From Candidatus Micrarchaeota archaeon (GTDB lineage: Archaea; Micrarchaeota; Micrarchaeia; Norongarragalinales; UBA8480): a DNA stretch of 30,822 nucleotides. The stretch's first letter is position 1. Every line of letters begins with the position of its first letter. The DNA lies in the NCBI GenBank assembly GCA_043805855.1, contig JAZDHP010000064.1:1-30822 (forward strand), read 5' to 3'. The notes beneath the pieces are model-generated. The model did not search any database, was not told the origin of the DNA, and saw nothing but the letters and a program-made list of their open reading frames with translations. Of the stretch, positions 26,371 through 30,822 are shown piece after piece. The position numbers and the translations under genes were made by a program.

Positions 26371-27498
26371 ATGAAATCTCGCGTAACTAAAACTATTTTT
26401 ATAATTGGACTGCTCGTGCTGTTCGGCGTATTTTTTGTAGGCTGCACTCAACCAAGCAATGCAAGTGACAACGCAGTAGGCGCACGCAATGCCGACGTTG
26501 AACCAGCCGCGCCGCCAGTAGGCGCCGGGGAAGCGGTAAACAACACTCCAGCTCCAGCAGCTTCACAAGCTCCAGCTAGTATTGACGTAGCTAGCCGCAA
26601 GGCAATTTGTGCTGCGTTGAAAGAAAAGCCAGAAGACTGTATAGCTGGAATTGCAATTGACAAGCAAGATGAAACTGTTTGCGGCGGAATTACCGAAGCT
26701 GACCTTGCGGCGGAATTTAACGATAGTTACTATCAAGTTGAACCAGTTGACCCAAACAAACGCGATTCTGACAATGATATGCTAAGCGACGTTAGAGAAG
26801 CGCAGCTTGGTACAAATCCAAATAAAACAGATACGGATAACGATGGTATGTTTGACGGTACAGAAGTTGGAACAAGTGACCCAAAGAACCCAGATACTGA
26901 CGGCGATGGAATAATGGACGGCGGCGAAGATAATTCTTACACTGATCCAACTGACGCTAGCGATAAGCCAACAGATGCTGACCACGATGGAATGGCTGAC
27001 AATTGGGAAACTAAATATGGCTTGAACCCAGCAAGTGCAAGTGACGCGTCACTTGACACTGACGGCGATGGCTTGACGAATTTACAAGAATACCTTTATT
27101 CAGGTAGCCCAATTGGACCTGATGGAGATAATGATGGTTTTACCGACGCGGAGGAAATTGCAATTGGAAGCTATGCGGGAAGCAATCTTTACACGCCAAA
27201 CGACGCTGATTATAGCGGAGACGGTACGCCTGACAAGCACGAGGAAGATGTTGCAAAAGAAAACCGCGCGAATGAACTGCGCAACGCAAAGAACACTTGC
27301 TATGCTGTGATTGCAATTAATATGCGGAACGCGGAGCTATGTAGCAAAAGTGGGTGGATTGGCGGAGGAGCTTTGAGTGTTGAATTTTCAGGAACTTGTC
27401 GAACTATAATTGAAAAACTAGCGGGCAGCGAAGCAGAAAAAGCAGATGTTTGTGATAAGTTCTCAGGAACACTTGCTTTGGCTAGAGTACCTTGTTAA
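26371..27498 (+). CDS. Lipoprotein with bacterial thrombospondin type 3-like (DxDxDG) Ca-binding repeats
   Basis: Lipobox FVG|C; DSDND, DTDNDG, DTDGDG, DADHDG, DGDNDG repeats with GTNP/GLNP turns. Confidence 0.85.
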   Translation: MKSRVTKTIFIIGLLVLFGVFFVGCTQPSNASDNAVGARNADVEPAAPPVGAGEAVNNTPAPAASQAPASIDVASRKAICAALKEKPEDCIAGIAIDKQDETVCGGITEADLAAEFNDSYYQVEPVDPNKRDSDNDMLSDVREAQLGTNPNKTDTDNDGMFDGTEVGTSDPKNPDTDGDGIMDGGEDNSYTDPTDASDKPTDADHDGMADNWETKYGLNPASASDASLDTDGDGLTNLQEYLYSGSPIGPDGDNDGFTDAEEIAIGSYAGSNLYTPNDADYSGDGTPDKHEEDVAKENRANELRNAKNTCYAVIAINMRNAELCSKSGWIGGGALSVEFSGTCRTIIEKLAGSEAEKADVCDKFSGTLALARVPC

Positions 27499-27516
27499 GC
27501 TAGTTAGCTAAGTTTG

Positions 27517-29352
27517 TTAATGGAATCTAAAGCAATATAGTCGCCCTTGGGGATAGCCACAGAGCTGCTGCGATAACCCAAGCCAAATTGCAGGCTCATT
27601 GCTATAGCCAACTTTACCCGAACCGCTGACGCTCGTCCAGTCACCGCAATTTGGCGTCCAGTACATTCCACTTGAATAAGAACCAGACCATACATAAGAG
27701 GCGGAAACTTGATTTCCATATTCATCCCATTGTATAAGATTAGTTATAGTTCCATCCAACAAATCAGCTTTGCTAGTTGCAATTACTTCACCTTTTGAGT
27801 TCTTAAAAACGCCATCTGGAAGCCTATCCTTTGCATTCATAGTAGAAGTGCTAAGCAACGCTTTGTATTCAATTATATTCCTACCGCTTGCTGCAGCTGC
27901 TTGTTGACATTTAGTATCTGCACCGCTTATTCCTCCAAGGTTACCAGTAAATAACTGAGAAGTTATAAACATCCAGTAACTAGAGTCGTCGCAACTCGCT
28001 GCATTGTTGCATATGCCACTTAAACAAATTGTATTAGAGTCATAAACACAAGTACCGCCAGCAACACAACGGCCATTTGTATGCATAAGTCCATTACTAC
28101 AATAATTATTGCAAGTTACTCCAATGCAACCTGGCTCAACACAATTGCCACCTGGAGCTTCGCAGTCAACACACTCATAGTGAGTTTGTGTTCTTTCATT
28201 ATACTTGCAACAAAGAGTGTTTGATTTGCAATATTGCCGATTTCCAGCACAAAGCCACTTAGTATTGTTAGTTAAGCTTTCAAGAATTTCTTGCGGCCAA
28301 CTGTAATTACAAAAGTACTGCGGTTTACAAACACCCCCGCTACAACCATAAGGACAAGTTTGGCTAGATGCATATTGACAAACGCCGATAGAACAAGAGC
28401 CGCCATATTTACGTACGTCGCCTTCACATTTGTCAAAACAATTTAAACCTGCACAAGGATTAGCTTTACAAGTTCCATTTTCACAACCATAATTACAAGA
28501 TTCTCCAGACGCGTATTGGCAAACTCCATTAGAACAAGAACCACCATACTTGCGAGTAGTACCGTCACATACATTTGGACACGTTATTCCGCTACAAGGA
28601 TCTGCCTTGCAACTGCCACTCAAACAACTAAAGGGACAAGCTTGCGTTGAATACTGACACGTTCCAGCAACACACGTGCCGCCAGATTTAAGCGTATTTC
28701 CATCGCAAACATTCCCACAAGTTACACCCGCACATGGATTTACCCCCTTACAGCCACTTGACTCACAGCCATTTGCACACGCAACTTCAGAATAAACACA
28801 CTGGCCAGTCGCACTCAAACACTGCCCATTATACTTACGTTTAGTTCCATCACACTTATCTTGGCAAGAAACACCGGCGCACAAGTTTACATTAGGTATA
28901 ACGTGCGTGTTGTTTGGCAACGTGTTGTTCTTCAAAGTGTTGTTCAACAAGTTGCTCGAACCATTACCAAGAGAACCGTTGGCCAACGCACTATAAAAAT
29001 CACTAGCTGAACTGCCACCATTATTTGTAGAAACGCCACCGCCAATAGTTACACAACGACCACCAAGACACAACAGAACACATTTTGTCTCGTTACTCCA
29101 AGAACAGTTGCCATTTTGAAACGCTTCACTGCCAAGAGACTTGCACTTCCAACCCTCACGGCACACATTCACAGAGTTATTACTTGAAACTGGAAAAGAA
29201 GAATTAAAAGGTTTGCCAAAAACATTAGTAAAAACTTTTGAATTAAACTCGCTTGTAACCGATTCGGACAACGGGCCAATTGAAAAAAACAGCGCTACAA
29301 AAATAAGAAGAACACAAGCAGAACCAACCAAAACAACTACATTTCTATCCAT
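27517..29352 (-). CDS. Membrane-anchored Cys-repeat protein with a C-terminal DUF1554/endostatin-like domain
   Basis: N-terminal TM; approx. 47-aa 8-Cys repeats; C-terminal FITS..FTGNLGGISGAD.KC..YKALLS..VWSG..NC.DWTS..LYC. Confidence 0.82.
   Translation of the reverse strand: MDRNVVVLVGSACVLLIFVALFFSIGPLSESVTSEFNSKVFTNVFGKPFNSSFPVSSNNSVNVCREGWKCKSLGSEAFQNGNCSWSNETKCVLLCLGGRCVTIGGGVSTNNGGSSASDFYSALANGSLGNGSSNLLNNTLKNNTLPNNTHVIPNVNLCAGVSCQDKCDGTKRKYNGQCLSATGQCVYSEVACANGCESSGCKGVNPCAGVTCGNVCDGNTLKSGGTCVAGTCQYSTQACPFSCLSGSCKADPCSGITCPNVCDGTTRKYGGSCSNGVCQYASGESCNYGCENGTCKANPCAGLNCFDKCEGDVRKYGGSCSIGVCQYASSQTCPYGCSGGVCKPQYFCNYSWPQEILESLTNNTKWLCAGNRQYCKSNTLCCKYNERTQTHYECVDCEAPGGNCVEPGCIGVTCNNYCSNGLMHTNGRCVAGGTCVYDSNTICLSGICNNAASCDDSSYWMFITSQLFTGNLGGISGADTKCQQAAAASGRNIIEYKALLSTSTMNAKDRLPDGVFKNSKGEVIATSKADLLDGTITNLIQWDEYGNQVSASYVWSGSYSSGMYWTPNCGDWTSVSGSGKVGYSNEPAIWLGLSQQLCGYPQGRLYCFRFH
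28321..28887 (-). repeat. Four tandem approx. 47-aa coding repeats (C.G..C...CDG..RKYGG.C..G.CQY....C..GC..G.CK)
   Basis: Visible in the translation; a fifth degenerate copy lies just before the C-terminal domain. Confidence 0.85.
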
Positions 29353-29459
29353 TAAAGCGCCTTGAAAAAGCTACGATAAAACAATACTTAACTATTTGCT
29401 TTTCAGCATATGGATGATAAATGTAAATGTTTTTAACTACCCTTTTTGTTGAGTTTAAC

Positions 29460-30683
29460 ATGAAACTAAATACGCACAAAAATATTTTTTTAATAACTTC
29501 TTTACTGTTACTCGGGTTACTTTTTGTTGGCTGTACTCAACCAAGCGATGCAAATGACAGCACAGCAAGCACACATAATACTAGTACGCCAATTGTCCCT
29601 CCAGCAAACGCAAGCGAAATAGTGAACAACTCGCAAACAACTACACCTGCGCAGTTGGGAATTGAAAATAATTCAAACGCAGCGCCTTCAATTGCGACAA
29701 TTACTGTAAACAATTCAGTTCAAAGCCAAGCGATTAACTACACTCGCTATACAAACGTAAAATCATTTTACAACTTTACTGACCCAGCAGAAGGTGCTTT
29801 TACAATTGAAGTGCCAACAGGCTGGACAGTTACCTCAACCTCTAAATTAATACGTCCGTACATCGATGCAGGGGTTGAATTTGAAGCAAAATCACCACAA
29901 GGCCAAGAGTTCTTTTACAAGAGCCCGTACGACTACTTATTTGCAACTCCAAACGCTCTACTTAATTACGCTGGATTTACTGAAGGTTCCTTTTACGACC
30001 CTTCAGGCGGAAAAGTTAAGCCAATGATCGTAAAGCGCTTTAAAACTGCAAGTGAATTTGCAAGTGAAATTCAAACTACTTTAAATGTACAATCGACAAA
30101 CGTTTCAATAACAAACCGCCCGGACCTTGCAGGCGAAGTAATTGCACCGACAACAAGGCAAACTGCAGCTGAATTGTCTTTTTACTATAACGAAAACAAC
30201 CGACTTATGAAAAGCACGTACATTATACGCACTGCGCTTGTTGAAATGGCTGGAACTGGAATTTGGCAAGTAAGTCTATCGCAATATACATCGCCGCTTG
30301 AACTGTTAAACGAAACTGAGCTAAACGTACTCGCAATGCAACGCTCGTTCACAATAGATCCCGAATGGAATAAACGAGAACAAGAAGCAGTTAAGAAACG
30401 CATTGGTTCATTAAGCCAAAGTCAAAACAGTGTTGCTGATACAATTAACTCAGTTGTAAAAACGCGAAGCGATTCAATGGACAGGCTTTACAACCAGTGG
30501 GAAAATGGAATGCTTGGAGTGGAAGACGTTTACAATACAGATACAGGCCAGCACTATATTACAGACAGCGGGGCAAACTTTTACTGGGCGGACAATAGCG
30601 GAAACGTGTATGGTACAAATACAAACGATAATCCACTGCCAAGCGAAGATATGCACATGCTTAACTGTCCTGGCTGTCAATAA
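29460..30683 (+). CDS. Hypothetical lipoprotein
   Basis: ATG 29460 preferred by homology with the 26371 gene start; lipobox FVG|C, T/S/N-rich linker, globular domain starting FTDPAEGAFTIEVPTGW. Confidence 0.8.
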   Translation: MKLNTHKNIFLITSLLLLGLLFVGCTQPSDANDSTASTHNTSTPIVPPANASEIVNNSQTTTPAQLGIENNSNAAPSIATITVNNSVQSQAINYTRYTNVKSFYNFTDPAEGAFTIEVPTGWTVTSTSKLIRPYIDAGVEFEAKSPQGQEFFYKSPYDYLFATPNALLNYAGFTEGSFYDPSGGKVKPMIVKRFKTASEFASEIQTTLNVQSTNVSITNRPDLAGEVIAPTTRQTAAELSFYYNENNRLMKSTYIIRTALVEMAGTGIWQVSLSQYTSPLELLNETELNVLAMQRSFTIDPEWNKREQEAVKKRIGSLSQSQNSVADTINSVVKTRSDSMDRLYNQWENGMLGVEDVYNTDTGQHYITDSGANFYWADNSGNVYGTNTNDNPLPSEDMHMLNCPGCQ

Positions 30684-30684
30684 C

Positions 30685-30822
30685 TCATTTGCTTTTCAAC
30701 ACTTTTTCAATTACACTAAGCGCAGTTTCAAGCTGCTCCACGCTTGGAAGGAAAACAATTCTGAAGAATAACCGCTTTCTCAACTCGGGGCCAACAAACC
30801 CGCTTCCCGGAACAATTACAAC
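30685..30822 (-). CDS. Class I/II PLP-dependent aminotransferase, 3' end only
   Basis: Manual translation VVIVPGSGFVGPELRKRLFFRIVFLPSVEQLETALSVIEKVLKSK*, matching the PGSGF..FRIVFLP C-terminal signature. Confidence 0.8.
   Translation of the reverse strand, partial: VVIVPGSGFVGPELRKRLFFRIVFLPSVEQLETALSVIEKVLKSK

Noticed and set aside
27517..27700. Diversity-generating retroelement variable repeat
   Set aside because: No template repeat, reverse transcriptase or downstream GC hairpin in the window.

Overview
A 30.8-kb archaeal chromosomal window. Compact genes, ATGA overlaps, GQ-type pilins and Cys-rich surface proteins suggest a DPANN lineage, possibly Micrarchaeota (inference, no search run). 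The left part (1-11.8 kb) is housekeeping: rpl15e-Rpp30-Ham1, a SAMP/ThiS and NcsA tRNA-thiolation pair split by a secreted-protein gene, a PriL-like/priS/GINS/rpl44e/rps27e/aIF2-alpha/nop10/PAC2 cluster, and pepA. The rps27e and nop10 genes are missing from the ORF track. The middle (12.4-20 kb) is a type IV pilus locus with an ATPase, two platform proteins, six class III signal-peptide pilins and a wHTH/coiled-coil protein, followed by a divergent ZIP/NikR-family pair. The right part (21.8-30.7 kb) is a cluster of Cys-rich secreted proteins and lipoproteins, then the 3' end of an aminotransferase. The most unusual signals are: (1) a dispersed twin-hairpin element in two copies (1-68 and 12199-12298) with compensatory stem changes and unrelated loops; (2) a different inverted palindrome doublet at 25530-25626; (3) a PriL-like subunit whose Fe-S domain appears replaced by a PriX/PriCT-1-like domain; (4) a duplicated promoter plus lipoprotein-leader module fused to unrelated payloads. 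No rRNA, tRNA, CRISPR array, transposase, integrase or reverse transcriptase was seen.
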